A stretch of 64,000 nucleotides of DNA. Source: Narcine bancroftii. Taxonomy: Eukaryota. The translations under genes and the position numbers were made by a program. Below the pieces are notes generated by a model. The model was not told the origin of the DNA and searched no databases. It worked only from the letters and a program-made list of their open reading frames with translations. Location of the stretch: contig NC_091478.1 of the NCBI RefSeq assembly GCF_036971445.1, forward strand, positions 63,984,001-64,048,000. Reading direction: 5' to 3'. Shown in pieces: positions 27,030 to 40,830 of the stretch; the first letter of the stretch is position 1, and every line of letters begins with the position of its first letter.

Positions 27030-27220
27030 AGAAATGTAGATGCTGGAAATGTAAAATTGAAACGTTGCTGGAAATACTCTGGTTAAGGCTGCACTTGTGG
27101 CAAGAGAAAGAGAATTAACGTTTCAAGTTAAAGTCTGGAAAAGGGTCTTCAATCTTAAATGTTAACTCTGTTGCTCTTCCACAGCTGCAGCCTGACATGC
27201 GAGTACTCCTGTTTTATACC
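27030..27220. mobile_element. Penelope-like terminal repeat remnant
   Basis: GATGCTGGAAAT...TGCTGGAAATACTC...AACGTTTCA followed by the inverted AAGGGTC...AAATGTTAAC...GCCTGAC.TGC.GAGT. Confidence 0.5.
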
Positions 27221-29724
27221 GAATTTCATCTTAAACCAAGATAGTTCTCATTGATAAAGATTCCCAAGCTTCTCTATTGCGGAACAACAGTTCTGGATAT
27301 TTCTTGCTTGTTTTCACCTTATTCATCTTTTGGTTCCTTATGGTATATTGGAAAGCTTGGAGTTTCGCTTTGTAATTTTGAAAATACAGGAATATTGCAA
27401 CAAAATGTAACCAGAAATTACGACAAACATCATCAAGTGGTGTTGATATGCAAAATTTAAAATTTACCTCTTTTCTCCAAAATTTCCCAGGATACTATGA
27501 AATCTCTCATCAGCATTTATATTTCTTGATCAGGAACCTTCCCTAAAAATTTAAAAATCTATATTTTTCCTTTCTTCATTTCTCCAACAAGTCAGAATTG
27601 TCAAAGTCAGCACAAAATGGGGTGTCTTTTGGCCCAGCTAGATCCACTAAATCTTTGACACCAGTCTAAAGTGTATTTTACAGGCTTTTAATCATGTCCC
27701 CTTATCCTATGATTACATCTTTATTTGTACTCTAGTTTAAAGTTTCTATTCCAGGGAACTCCTCAGCCACATTTTTAAAAACTGCTTCCAGCACATATTT
27801 TCCCACTATTTTCCTTGAAATTGTCTAATTATAGTCAGATTGGACATTATGCTCTGTTCCAAATTTCAGAAGGGTGATTCAGACTTTTGACATTCAATAG
27901 CCAGTGTTGAATAATACCAATGTTATCTCCAATAATAGTGTGGTTTTCAATTGATATTTTAATGCTAAAGAAGGTACCATAGAATTCTGCCAATTTCATG
28001 CTTGCTTCTCTGCATTAAATACCATGCTGGGCTAAGTCTACTATTATGACTAGATCTCCTGGCTTCTCCATTTGCTTTCATTCAATAGGCGCAGCACAAC
28101 CCCAGAATAAACTATGATGCATGTTAGGCAAATTTGCATTCAGCCATTTGAGTATAGAGTGGCAAAGCAGGTAACATACCTCTCCACCGATTAGTAAATT
28201 GGCTACTGGTCACAAGAGGAGAAACGGACTTTAATTTGGTCCTCCTATCCTAAGTAGCAGGAAGCAAATCAAAGTGCAGTATAATGTGATCATACATGCT
28301 CTATGCCAAAAAGATAATTATTTTGTCTGACAGAAGTGAAGAAGCAGAGGAATTTAGGAATGTAATTTTACAACGTAATGCAGATTGCTAAAAGCATGTG
28401 AACAATGGGATGAAAGGAGATGAAATAGAGATCCTGAGTTGCAAAGAGGGAGCAAAAATAGTGGAGCAGGAAAAGGTCACGAGGGAAACACCATCAAAAT
28501 TTAACTACAAGAATTAATAAGCTAAGCTTTAGAAGAATGAGGCAAAATAAGTTAACACTGGACAGATGAGGAGGACTTGGAATGTGATAACATCTAACAT
28601 TTGTTCACATTCCTTGCAAATATTTTACTGATTTATGCTTTCCCATATTGTTCTTCATTAAAAAAGTGCACCTTAGAAGTTTCCCACCCTTTATATGCAG
28701 TCAGTTTGAAGAGAGATGTGTTTTCATTGGATGCAGTGACTGAAAGCAAGGTGCTCAGGCAAGTATGCCCGAGATGCAAAGATAATACAAGTGTCATTTC
28801 TACTGATGATGCAGGGAGCACCAATTTTCATTTTACTTCCACAAAAAATCTTAAATTCATAAAATGAAAGGAATAAAAATAAATAAATGTTTAACTCCTC
28901 ACCTTGTACAACTCAGGAATGCCTTTACACTTTTAGATTATGCAGCCATGACTCTTCAGCTTTGCTGGAATTTCCATCTTAGTCCAAGTTTTTTTAAAAA
29001 AATCCAACAACAAGACTTGGGAAGTATTTTTAAATAAATTGACAAGATCAATTAAAATGTTAATCCTGAAGCAGATGCTCTATTGCACTTTACTTAGTCT
29101 TACATGCTACATGAAACCCCATAGAAAGAAGCCTCATCCTGGGGTTAAATCTATTTTCCCAACCCTCAGTGAGCCAACATCAAGAATACTGGTTTCAATT
29201 TCACACATTTGACACTACCACTCATCTACCTTTGTCAATATTTAGGTAAATAATAACCCAAATACTAAAAGGCAATAGGTTAACACAAATAGAGCAATCT
29301 TCTTTTTCAAGTATGAAGTTTATAAAAAGGGTGTGGTTCAAACGGCTTTAATAGCAACATAATACATGGATGTTAAAAACAAGTGCTGACATTAACAAAC
29401 CTAAAGGCATTCATGATGTAGAACAATTCATAAAAGGATTAAAATCATAAGTTATGATTAAGACATAAAAAATAATCCAATTTCACCACTCAAGAGGTTT
29501 TAATAATTAAGTATTTCTATCCTAACAGTTCATTCATTCATTCAAAGTCTACACTACTTTTTTTTAAGAAAAACGAACATTTCTACCTGTTCTAAAAGTT
29601 CTACCCTGCAAGTTCTTGTTAAGTTAGTATGCAGAGCAGCTTACATCCATCCTATAGACTGCCCACTCTATAAATAGACATCGATGTGTTAAATTATATC
29701 AACTTTATACATAATTTCTCTTAC

Positions 29725-29828
29725 CCCCACTCAGGAACGTGCAACTCGTAGTCCCAGTACTCGCGGGGCTTCAGGCTGTTTACCTCGGCATACACGCGGG
29801 CCCTGCTCCCGGTAGCCGGTCCCGGCAT
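29725..29828 (-). CDS. CSNK2A2: Casein kinase II alpha' catalytic subunit, coding exon 1
   Basis: Translates [34 protein letters not shown](G), the alpha'-type N-terminus (human [17 protein letters not shown]). 104 nt, GT donor at 29724-29723, inside a CpG island. Confidence 0.97.
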
Positions 29829-30480
29829 GGCAGAGCCAGGGCTCAGCTCAGGGATAAAGGGGTGAAATCCCCAGCGGGATACCGCGGGGGTGAGAAATAG
29901 GCCGCACCGCCACTGGACACACCGACTATCGGGAGCCAGGCCAGACCACCACACACGCACCACCTCTTGGGATAACTTCAGCAAAGGGGCCCGGGGAGCC
30001 AGCGAAAGCTTCCCCGGGGCGGGGTAGGTAGTAAAGGACAGGCAATGAGAGCGGGCCCCAGTTGGAGAAGGTAGGCAATGCGAAGTAACAGTGCGGGGTG
30101 AGCCGGACCGGAAGCCAAGGTTAAAGATGCCGAGGCACGACTCTCAGAGAAAGGCCCGCAGCGGAAGGAACTGTTCGACCGGGTACAGAAGCAGCTGCAA
30201 GAAACCGGTCACAAGCCCGGTGTGTCAGCGAGATGAGACTGTGCGCCGGGGGGCGGAGGGGGGAGGAGTGACACGCGCCGACTGCAGCGCCTCCCAGCGA
30301 CGCCCAACTAAGCTGATGAAAGCTCTCCAGACACAGTACTGCCTCACACAGTCCAATGAAACGCCGACGCCAGCGGCCCCTAATGGCGTCACATTGAACC
30401 CGACATAAACCGCTGCAAACTCCGATAGGTTATCTGGGATACCTTAGGGGGTAACAGCGACGGGTGCTCAGGCTGAAGGA
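29740..30480 (-). promoter_or_regulatory. CSNK2A2 CpG-island promoter and 5' UTR
   Basis: Sharp rise in GC and CpG against a CpG-depleted background; GC boxes near 30016 (GGGGCGGGG) and 30248 (GGGGGCGGAG); CCAAT near 30353. TSS not determinable. Confidence 0.8.
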
Positions 30481-31058
30481 TGGATTGGCCCCAGAATACA
30501 CACCAAATCCAGCAACCCCCCCCCCCTCCTCTGGATTTACATTGAATTTGTAAATATGGATACACACATCTACTTTGGCCATTAAAGACTGATTGGAGAT
30601 GGTATTGCATTTGGCAGTGTAAAGTGGAGGGCACAATTCTGACCAGGGTGTAGTAACCATGAACTGAGAACCAGCGCAGACTCAATAGATGGAATGGCCT
30701 CATTTCCTGTCATAAGGAAAATATAAAAAATGTGCGATAGTTTGTCAAAAGTGGTGGGGGGGGGGGGGGGGGGGGGAGAGTTAGGAAGGACCGGGCTTTT
30801 ATAAATAAGGACAAAAGTACAGAGTAGCATTAAAAATATTACACAGGAATGAATATCTTATGCATCTCATGTCCCTTTTCATTTTTTGTGTCAAGAAATG
30901 TATTTTTCAATAACTTGATGTCCACAGACCCGACAGCCATCAGTAATTGCAAGTTCCATAGGTTTACTTCCATGCAAGTAAAAATGTTTGTCCACACCTC
31001 AATCTTAATTCTCTTGCCCTGAAATCTGAGACTGTGGTCGCATGTTCTAGAACCCCTT

Positions 31059-34000
31059 TATAGTGGCCTGGGCATGAAGACAGGGACCAGCCCGCAAAAT
31101 GGCTGACAAATGCAGTGACCGCATAGACCAGGGGAGCGGGAGACACCGGTCATCGTCCAAGGTGACCTCTGCACGCAAAAAGATGGGGAACTCTGGTGGC
31201 CAACGCTTCGATGATGTGCTTGGGGCCCATATAAGCAAAGGTGTGAGTGCAATAAATCTGTCTTCAACTTCGACCCCTCATGTGTGTGCCTTCTTTCCAC
31301 ACTTCCGCATGTTACATTGGTGACCGCTACAGGTCCAACTGGTCCCAAAGATGACAGATCAAGTGGAGCCAGTGACCATCCTCGCAGTCTCTCTCAGGTT
31401 TCTGAAGTTCTGGGTGTTGCAGCCACAAGTGTGGTTCAAGCAGGCCAAGATTCAGTTCCAGCTTCACAACATCACTGCAAACAACACCTGCTACTTCTAC
31501 GTCGTGAGCACCCTCAATCAGGACACAGCAACAAGGGTTGTAGATTTTCTACGGCAGCAAGGCAAATACACAGCCCTCAAATAGCTACTAACCTTAACTT
31601 TCGGGCCACCCGATTGCTGCATATCGACGGATTGAGGGACAGGGCCTTGTCTGCCCTAATGAGTGAGATACTCATGTTAACCGAGGGCCACAAGCCTTGC
31701 GTGCTCTTTGAGCAAGTCTTTCTGGAGCAGCTGTCTGAGGATATTCAGCTCTTGCATCAGACTTCAACAACCCTCAGAGGTTCGCTGCCTGGGTGGGCAT
31801 GCTCTGGAGAGCAAAGAACGACACCAGCAATGTGTAGACCACATTAGCAAGCCCCACAAACGACCCCCTGCGAGATCAAGGCCAGCAGAGAGGCAAAGTG
31901 AACACCCAGAATAGCTATGCTACTACCATCACCAATGGGGTGCAGAGGCTGGTTGTGGTAGTGGCGCAACTGCTCCTGGGGGCAGACTTCCTTCAGACCC
32001 ACTGCTTGCTGGTTGACCTCAAGGGATGGCATTTGGTGTATGGCAAAACCTTTCAGACTCTTCCTCTGGAGGAAGCCAAGCTACCCGCCCCCCACCTCGA
32101 TAGTGGTGCCACCATTCTCCGCAGCCAAGCCAAAGCACAGGGTAAGGCACCACCTACTGTACAAGGGCCCCCTGCTCCATACCAGGGTATGCTGACCCCC
32201 TCCTGAAAAGCTCAGCCTGGGGAAGTTTAAAAAGATGGAGGAGCTGGAGATTGTGCGGTGCTCTGACAGTCCCTGAGCCTCTCCCCTCCACGTGATGCCC
32301 AAGTCAGCAAAAGGTTGGAGACCATTAAATGAGGCTACCACACCCAACAGATGCCCGTGCCCCACATCTAAGACTTTCCAGCCAACCTGCACAGAGCACA
32401 GGTGCTCTCCAAGGTGGACCTCCTCCTGGGGTAGCAACAAATCCCAGTTCACCACCAGGACATCCCCAAGACTACAATCATAATCCCCTTTGGTTTGTTT
32501 GAATTTCTCTGCATGGCATAAATTTTTCAGCGGCTAATGGACATAATGGACTGGGACCTCCCATTTGCATTAATCTATTTGGACACTATCATCTCCAGCC
32601 ACAGCCGCAAAGACCACGCCACTCACCTGAGACAACTGTGCACCTGTCTGAGTGAGTTTAGGCTGACCATCAACCCCGCTAAGTGCCAGTTCACTCTGGA
32701 CATTATCGATTTCCTGGGGCACAGAATTAACAGGCACAGGGCCACACCCTTCCCTGAGAAGGATGAGGTGGTCCAGCACTTTGCTAAGCCACACATGGTG
32801 AAAGGACTGCAGGAATTCGCCAGTATGATAAGCTTTTACCACAGGTTCATATCTGCTGTGGCATGCATCATACACCTCCCCTCCACTTTGTGCTGATGAC
32901 CAGCAAGGCAAAAGACATTGCTTGGGATGAGGAATCCTCCAGGGCATTCCAGAATGCCAAAGATGCGCTGGCCAAAGACACTCTCCTGGTCCACCCCAAT
33001 CTGGAGGTACCTACTTCTCTAACTGCCAACACCTCCAGAACAACAGTAGGGACTGTGCTAGAACAACTCATCGAGGGCCAATGGCAACTCCTGGCCTTTT
33101 TCAGCAGGCACCTCTGCGCCCCCCACCACCCTGAGCTCAAATACAGCACTTTTGACCAGGAGTTGTTATTGCTGTACTTGGCAGTAAGACATCTCCATTA
33201 CTTTTTGGAAGGCCTGCAATTCAGGGTGTTCACTGATCACAAGCCTCTTGACTTTTGCCTTCCATAAGGTATTAGACCATGGTCAGCCCAACAACAGAGG
33301 CACTTGTCCTACATGTCCAAGTTTACCACAGATATTCAACATATCACAGAAAAAACAATGTGGTGGCCAATGCTCAGTCACACTCTGCAATTAGTCAATA
33401 CAGACCCTGTACCAAGGGTTCTCGCCAAAGCACAGCAGCAGGACCCTGAGATCCCCACTTACAGGACAGCCGTCTCCGGCTCAGGGTGGAGGACGTCCCA
33501 GTTTACCTGACACTGCTGTGCAATATTTCTACTAGCAGTCCTCGCCCCATCATCCCGGCTACATGGAGGTGCTAGGTTTTCGAAGCCATCCACAACCTGG
33601 CGCACCCTGAAATCTGAGCCATGGTCATGATGGTGGCCAACAGGGTTGTCTAGCGTGGCTTTCGTAAATAGGTCAGCCAGTGGGCCAAGACCTGCACAAA
33701 CTCTCAATCCTTCAAAGTTCAGGTTCACACAAGAGCACCCATATGAACTTTTGAGATGATGCAGCGCAGGTTCAGCCACGTACACATTGACTTAGTGGGG
33801 CTGTTACTGGTTTTCCGTGGGGTGAGATACCTCTTGACCACGGTGGACTGCTCCACAAGGTGGCCGGAGGCAGTCCCACTGGCCAATACCACCACAGAAA
33901 CCTGCGCCAGGGCACTTGTTGACACATGGGTTTCCCGATTCGGGGTTCTGGAGCACCTCACCTTGGATTGGGGGGGGGGGCACAATTCACCTCCAGACTC

Positions 34001-34887
34001 TGGGTGGTGCTGGCTAACTTTCTGGGGATGCAGCTCCACTACACCACAGCATATCAACCTTAGGTCAATGGGTTGGTGGAGCACTTCCACAAGCAGCTCA
34101 AGGCAGCCTTGATGGCCCAACTCAAGGGTCCCAACTGAGTGGACAAACTGCCTTAGGTCCTGTTGGGAATTCATACTGCATCGAAGGAGGACTTCAAAGC
34201 CTCAGTGGCAGAGATGGTCTATGGCATGCCGTTAGTCATCCTGGGGAGTTCTTAGCCCCCAATAAATGCCAAGAAGATCCTGTGGCAACCCTTGAGAGCC
34301 TGCGGCAAAAGCTAGGATCTTTGGTTCCACGGCAACCCCCACTGTACGGCCAGCCTAAGGATAGTGTCCTGAAAGACCTAAAAACTTGCCAGTACGTGTT
34401 CATGAGGAGGAGCGCATACAGACCACCCTTACAATGACCCTACGAGGAGCCCTACAAAGTCATTAGAAACAATGGTTCCATTTTTGCCCTCGACATTTAC
34501 CATCATCTGCCTGAAACTGGCATATCTGGTCTGTAATGAGCCGGTCTCCACTCCACCCCCGCAACACAGGCAGGCCACCAAAGACTATGGACAATGGCTC
34601 AGTTGCCAGTTCTTTGGGGGAGGGGGTTCATGTCGCGGCCCGCGCACAGAGACATGGACCGGCCCGCAAAATGGCTGACGAACACGCCAACTGTCCAAAC
34701 CTGGGGTGTGACACCAGCTGTCGTCCCAGGTGACCTCCACACACTGGGAAGACAGGGAACTCTAGCAGGAATGCCGGCCAATCCAAGGCCAGTGTTCAGA
34801 TGAGCAGAGCTCCCAGTGCAATAAATCAGTCTTTGACTCCTCATGTGTGTGTCTTCTTTCCACACTTGCTGTAGTGCATATGCTACA
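31059..34887 (+). mobile_element. Gypsy LTR retrotransposon, decayed, near full length
   Basis: 5' LTR 31059-31316 and 3' LTR 34631-34887; PBS TGGTGACC at 31318; PPT GGGGGAGGGGG before the 3' LTR. Broken gag (FW..QPQVWFKQA), protease (LLGADFL), RT (YLD..., KCQF...FLGH), RNase H (YSTFDQELL...FTDHKPL) and integrase (HVHIDLVG, TRWPEAVP). Inserted in a CR1 remnant. Confidence 0.93.
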
Positions 34888-34949
34888 CCCGATCTAAGGG
34901 AAACATCCTCCTCCCTGCAATCCCTTTCTAACCCTGTTAGAATTTTGTA

Positions 34950-35345
34950 GGAACAACACACAAAGTGCAGGATGAATTTTGTGGGTCAGACCAAAAAAAG
35001 CAATTTTTTCAGGTAGACACCCTCATCTGTAATATCAGGAACCAGGTTGACATTCAAATAAGAGGGTGGGGAAGGGGATAGATGAATCCAAGTGGGAAGG
35101 GGATGAAAATAAAGGAGCTAGGAAATGATGGGGGGTGGGGGTAGAAGGAGCAGAAACCCGAGAAAGACACTTTGGAAAAAAAAGGAAGGAAATGGGATGA
35201 GGGGATGTGTTGGTGATAGGCAGGAAAGGAATGTGGGGAGGGGAAGGAGGAGAAATAGGGCCGGAGAAATACAGGGAAGTGGGGCAGGAGGGAGGGGATG
35301 ACCGAAAATTGGAGGTTAATGTTGATCCCATCTGGTAGGGGACTG
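34950..35345 (-). mobile_element. Penelope-like remnant inside a CR1 fragment
   Basis: Purine-rich tract followed by GAAATTGGAGGTTAATGTTGA.CCCATCTGGT, colinear with 50445-51000. Confidence 0.5.
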
Positions 35346-35934
35346 GTGCTTTTCCCCCAGCTTACTGCTAGCCAGTGTTCGATCCCCTTCACACCCCACC
35401 CCCTCAAATTTTATAGGTTTCAATTAAAATCCCTCTCACTCTTTTATTATACAGGTACAAACCAATTTGAGCCAATCTCTCCTCCTGTGACAGTCACGCC
35501 AGTTCAGAAATCAGTTTGGTGAGCCTTAACAAGAATATCCTTCCTCAGATAAGGAGATTAAACTGAAACAATGATCCCGGTGTACATTCACCAAGGCTCT
35601 AGATAATTATATTGTGACATCATTAATGCCACATTAAAACACTCCTCCTTAATTACTTGCTGTTCCTTTTGATTAATAGAATTAAGGGGAAAACATCAAT
35701 GATTGAAGACAAACTTTGCACAAAGGAAGATAATAGTGGGTGAGAGAAGTCAATCATCCCAGTCCCAAGACATCGCTGCAGGAGCTCCTCAATGTAGCTT
35801 TCTAAATGCAATGTCCTAGACACAACTAACTTCAGCTCTTTCATCAATAACGTTTTTTATAAATCACAAGGTCATAAGTGAGTATGCTGACTGATGATTA
35901 CACAATTGTAAAATGCTATTTGCAACACCTCAAT

Positions 35935-37450
35935 CTTTGGCTTGGCTTCGCGGACAAAGATTTATGGAGGGGGTAAAAGTCCACGTCAGCTGCAGGCTCG
36001 TTTGTGGCTGACAAGTCCGATGCGGGACAGGCAGACACGGTTGCAGCGGCTGCAGGGGAAAAATGGTTGGTTGGGGTTGGGTGTTGGGTTTTTCCTCCTT
36101 TGCCTTTTGTCAGTGAGGTGGGCTCTGCGGTCTTCTTCAAAGGAGGTTGCTGCCCGCCAAAACTGTGAGGCGCCAAGATGCACGGTTTGAGGCGATATCA
36201 GCCCACTGGTGGTGGTCAATGTGGCAGGCACCAAGAGATTTCTTTAGGCAGTCCTTGTACCTTTTCTTTGGTACACCTCTGTCACGGTGGCCAGTGGAGA
36301 GCTCGCCACATAACACGATCTTGGGAAGGCGATGGTCCTCCATTCTGGAGACGTGACCCACCCAGCGCAGCTGGATCTTCAGCAGCATGGATTCGTTGCT
36401 GTCGACCTCTGCCATCTCGAGTACTTCGACGTTAGGGATGAAAGCGCTCCAATGGATGTTGAGGATGGAGCGGAGACAACGCTGGTGGAAGCGTTCTAGG
36501 AGCCGTAGGTGATGCCGGTAGAGGACCCATGATTCGGAGCCAAACAGGAGTGTGGGTATGACAACGGCTCTGTATACGCTTATCTTTGTGAGGTTTTTCA
36601 GTTGGTTGTTTTTCCAGACTCTTTTGTGCAGTCTTCCAAAGGCGCTATTTGCCTTGGCGAGTCTGTTGTCTATCTCATTGTCGATCCTTGCATCTGATGA
36701 AATGGTGCAGCCAAGATAGGTAAACTGGTTGACCGTTTTGAGTTTTGTGTGCCCGATGGAGATGTGGGGGGGCTGGTAGTCATGGTGGGGAGCTGGCTGA
36801 TGGAGGACCTCAGTTTTCTTCAGGCTGACTTCCAGGCCAAACACTTTGGCAGTTTCCGCAAAGCAGGACGTCAAGCGCTGAAGAGCTGGCTCTGAATGGG
36901 CAACTAAAGCGGCATCGTCTGCAAAGAGTAGTTCACGGACAAGTTTCTCTTGTGTCTTGGTGTGAGCTTGCAGGCGCCTCAGATTGAAGAGACTGCCATC
37001 CGTGCGGTACCGGATGTAAACAGCATCTTCATTGTTGGGGTCTTTCATGGCTTGGTTCAGCATCATGCTGAAGAAGATTGAAAAGAGGGTTGGTGCGAGA
37101 ACACAGCCTTGCTTCACGCCATTGTTAATGGAGAAGGGTTCAGAGAGCTCATTGCTGTATCTGACCCGACCTTGTTGATTTTCGTGCTCTCCATTGCAGG
37201 CAAAATCTTCGCTAGGATTCTACTTACCTAGTGTCGCCGAGAATATTCTCCCAGAATCACAGTGCGGCTTTCGCGCAAACAGAGGAACTACTGACATGGT
37301 CTTTGCCCTCAGACAGCTCCAAGAAAAGTGCAGAGAACAAAATAAAGGACTCTACATCACCTTTGTTGACCTCACCAAAGCCTTCGACACCGTGAGCAGG
37401 AAAGGGCTTTGGCAAATACTAGAGCGCATCGGATGTCCCCCAAAGATCCT
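35935..37450 (-). mobile_element. RTE-clade LINE, truncated, with 5' inversion
   Basis: KQGCVLAP, LFADD and YLG RT motifs on the minus strand; 37187-37450 is inverted (PESQCGFR, FVDLTKAFD on plus); 12-bp TSD CAACACCTCAAT (35923-35934 and 37451-37462). Confidence 0.96.
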
Positions 37451-38139
37451 CAACACCTCAATAAATGAAGCAGTCTATGCCCTCATGTAACAAGACCTTG
37501 ACAACATTCAGACATGGACTCTTAAATGGAGTGCAATGATCACCTTCAGCAAGGCAGAGTTTAATTATCTACCTTAGACATTAGCACAGGAGAGTTCTTT
37601 CATCATCAATGGTCAGCAACTGGGTGTTCTACAGTGAGTGATTTACACCTAACACAAAGTCTTTCCAACATCTACAAGAGAATATGACTTGTCCATTGCC
37701 TAGATGAGTGCAATTCTAACAATGTCAAGCAGCTCAACAACATTTAGTTTAAGACAGCCTACTCGATCACTCCCCATATATCACCCCACTTTCTCCTCCA
37801 GTAGAACATTGTGTTTGCTATTTAGGACATCAATGAGATACCAACATATCCCAAACCCACATAGTCCACTACCAGGAACAAGGACAGCAGGTACTTGGGA
37901 GCATTGACAACTTCAGGTTCTCCTCAAAGTTATGCACCATCCAGCTTTAAAAATAAATTGTCATCCCTTCATTGTCTTTGGTTCTAACTCTAGGAACTCC
38001 CAAGGCAAAATTATTTTGAGATTACTTTCATCAGAAAGGACTGGAGTGGTTAAATAGAAAAATAAGAATATACATATATTTTAACTCACTATTAAAGTCT
38101 TGATAAGTTATCTCTACTAGTCATAGCTTCCTTTCTTTT

Positions 38140-38290
38140 TTATAAAAATGTTAGATTCAGGCCCTAGTCCATATTTGAGAGTACAATCTAGGTGACATTT
38201 CAATAGACCACAAAGACAGTCTTGTATTGGTGGAGATTTTATATCGAAGATATTAAATGGAGGTGTCATTTGTCCTTCTTGATGATTTGG
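38140..38290 (+). mobile_element. DeuSINE remnant (5' part)
   Basis: AATCTAGG.TGACA...GATATTAAA.GGAGG...TTTGTCCT resembles the recalled SacSINE1 sense consensus. Confidence 0.4.
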
Positions 38291-39169
38291 TTGTTATTTA
38301 ATTCCTATTTCTGAAACAATAAAAGGTCTTGTATAAGTCTCTTTTAATTTACTTCCCATTTACTTTATTTGTATTAAAACAATCACTCTTATGTATATTA
38401 CCATTTGTTACATTTTTATAGTAATATTTCAAATTCCAAGATCTAAAGTAGCAATAAAATATTCTCAATTTCATGATATTGTATTATCTAATATTTTGCT
38501 TATATTAATGCACATAATTTTGGAAATTTTCATCAATGCTTGCAATAACACACAATTTAACATTCAACTACCACAAACCAACAAATCTTGTATTATTTGT
38601 CTGACAAGACTTTTCAATGACTTACCCTAAACAACGCCACAACTGATTGTCAATCACATATAAGAGTCTTGCATTTAGGATACATCCACTGCTTGCCAGG
38701 TGTTCTATTTTAAAGTATTAATTTGTAACAAAAAAGGAAAGAAAAGGTGATTTTGTGCTTGCTTTTGTGACATTTACACATTTTGTAAAATATAATCCTG
38801 CAGAGAATAAATTAACTCTCTAATGACTGTAGCTATAAACTAAATTCATAATGTATCAATTGACACCAATTAAACACTACATCCTAAATGATAGGCCAGT
38901 CTATTCACAGATTCAATTTAGTGGGAAAATAATATATTTTACATTGTTTGATATAATGCATCTATCTTTACAAAATTAATCTTCCCTCAATTTAATATGT
39001 CATTACCAGATGAGTGGCAGCTCCTCTCCCAAAATCCCCTGCCAGCTGGGATTATGTTTTATCATTCATTCTATAAGTTTTCTCCATACAACTTCAAGTC
39101 TCTTTCCTCACAATTCCACAAAACTCACTTCCTGTTCCCCCAGTTCTTTCTCTAACTCTATTATACAAC

Positions 39170-40830
39170 TACTTTTTAAAAAAATTATTGAAGTTTAAAC
39201 ATCTCCATAAGATGAATCTCAGATATTATACGTATATATTCATATTTGCCATGATTTTCCACATAATATTTATCTGAAGTATACACTTATAGAAAGAAGA
39301 AAGACCAAACAAGAAAAATAAGAAAACTATATACAAGTAGGGAGTGTATTTTTTACAACATAATCATTGATTTGTAGGAATAAGGTCAGGCCTATGAAGT
39401 ATGAAGTTAAACCATTTTTCCCAGTGTGAATCAAATTGTTCCAATTTATGATTAACAGATGCTGTTATCTTCTCCATTTTATAAATGTCCATTATAATTT
39501 TCCTCCATGCTTTTAAAGTTGGGCTCTCCTGTGATAACCAGTTCTTGGTAAGAGTCTTTTTACCACCCACCAGCAGTATATTCATTAAATATTTATCTCT
39601 TTTCCACCATTCTTGAGGTATATACCCAAAATATACAGTCTTACTTTCTAAGGGTATTTCACATTTAAAAATGCCTTGTAGGGCACTGTGTATCCCACTT
39701 CAATCATCTTTGATAACAAGGCAGTCCCAAAAAATATGGTAATCGTTTACATTTTGATTTCCACAATTTATCCAGCCAATAGGGAGGTTACTACCATAAT
39801 GGGATTTCTGAGAGAGTGTAATAAAGTATCTTATCGAGTTTTTCCACCCAACTTCTCTCTATATCTGTCAACTGGTATATTTCCTTTGATTCCTCCATAT
39901 TATCCCTCCTTCCTTTTCCCATTTTGTTTTAATGTATGAAGTTGAGTGTGTTTTAAGATTTGACAGACTATTAAATACATTTGAAATGATTTTACTGCAG
40001 TCATATGAATTGCTTTTCTAAACAGTTCTATCAAACATGTACTTGCCTTGGATACATTTTTAACTCATTTATTAACATAATGTCACATTTGCAAATACCA
40101 ATAAAAGTCTGGTTTTTCTAATGTGTTTATCTTTAAGCATTTCAAAACTGAATAGTCTTCCTTCTTTCATGATGTTACAAAGAATTTATTTCTTTAGCTA
40201 TCCAGTCCTGAAATCTAGCATCCAATTTATTTGCCAAGAAATCGAGTCATTCACACACCATTTAAGAATTGCTCTATCTCCCTCTAGTTTATAAACTTTC
40301 ATAGTAGTTTTCAAAATTTTAATAGTCCATTTTACCATGGGGTATCAATACTACTTGTATATCTTTGGAGGTTGTTATCAGCCAGAATTTCCTGTATGGG
40401 CATGGAAAGAATATTTTTCTATTGAGCACCATATGATGGGCGACACCAGCATCTCTCAATAGTCCTGCAAAATAATAATCTTTAAGAGAAAGTAGGCCCT
40501 ATCCTCCATTTTCCTTGGCTAATCGCAATGTTTTGAGACAAACCCTTGAACTTTTACCTTGCCATATATATCTTGATAACATTGTAACTCATACATTGAA
40601 TCAATTTTGGTTAATCTCGATTGGTAGGGTCTGAAAAAAGATATAATAGCCTGGAAAATATATTCATTTTAATGGATTCAATCCTTGAACCAAGATTTAA
40701 AAAAAAAGGAATTAAGTTTCATCTTAATATATCTTCCTTAATTTTTTTAAATATATGGGCAAATAATTGCATTCCAATAATTTAGCCAAACCCAATACCC
40801 GAAGACTTAATCGACTCTGTTTTTAGTCAA
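39170..40830 (-). mobile_element. Older L1/Tx1-clade ORF2 3' remnant
   Basis: C-terminal KKTLTKNWLS..SPT...W...MEKIT (ORF 39364-39585) and upstream SIKMNI.P..L..FQTLP traces. Confidence 0.8.

Noticed and set aside
29829-29984. Open frame upstream of the CSNK2A2 ATG (possible N-terminal extension)
   Set aside because: No upstream in-frame ATG, stop codons are rare in GC-rich islands, and homology starts at MPGP.
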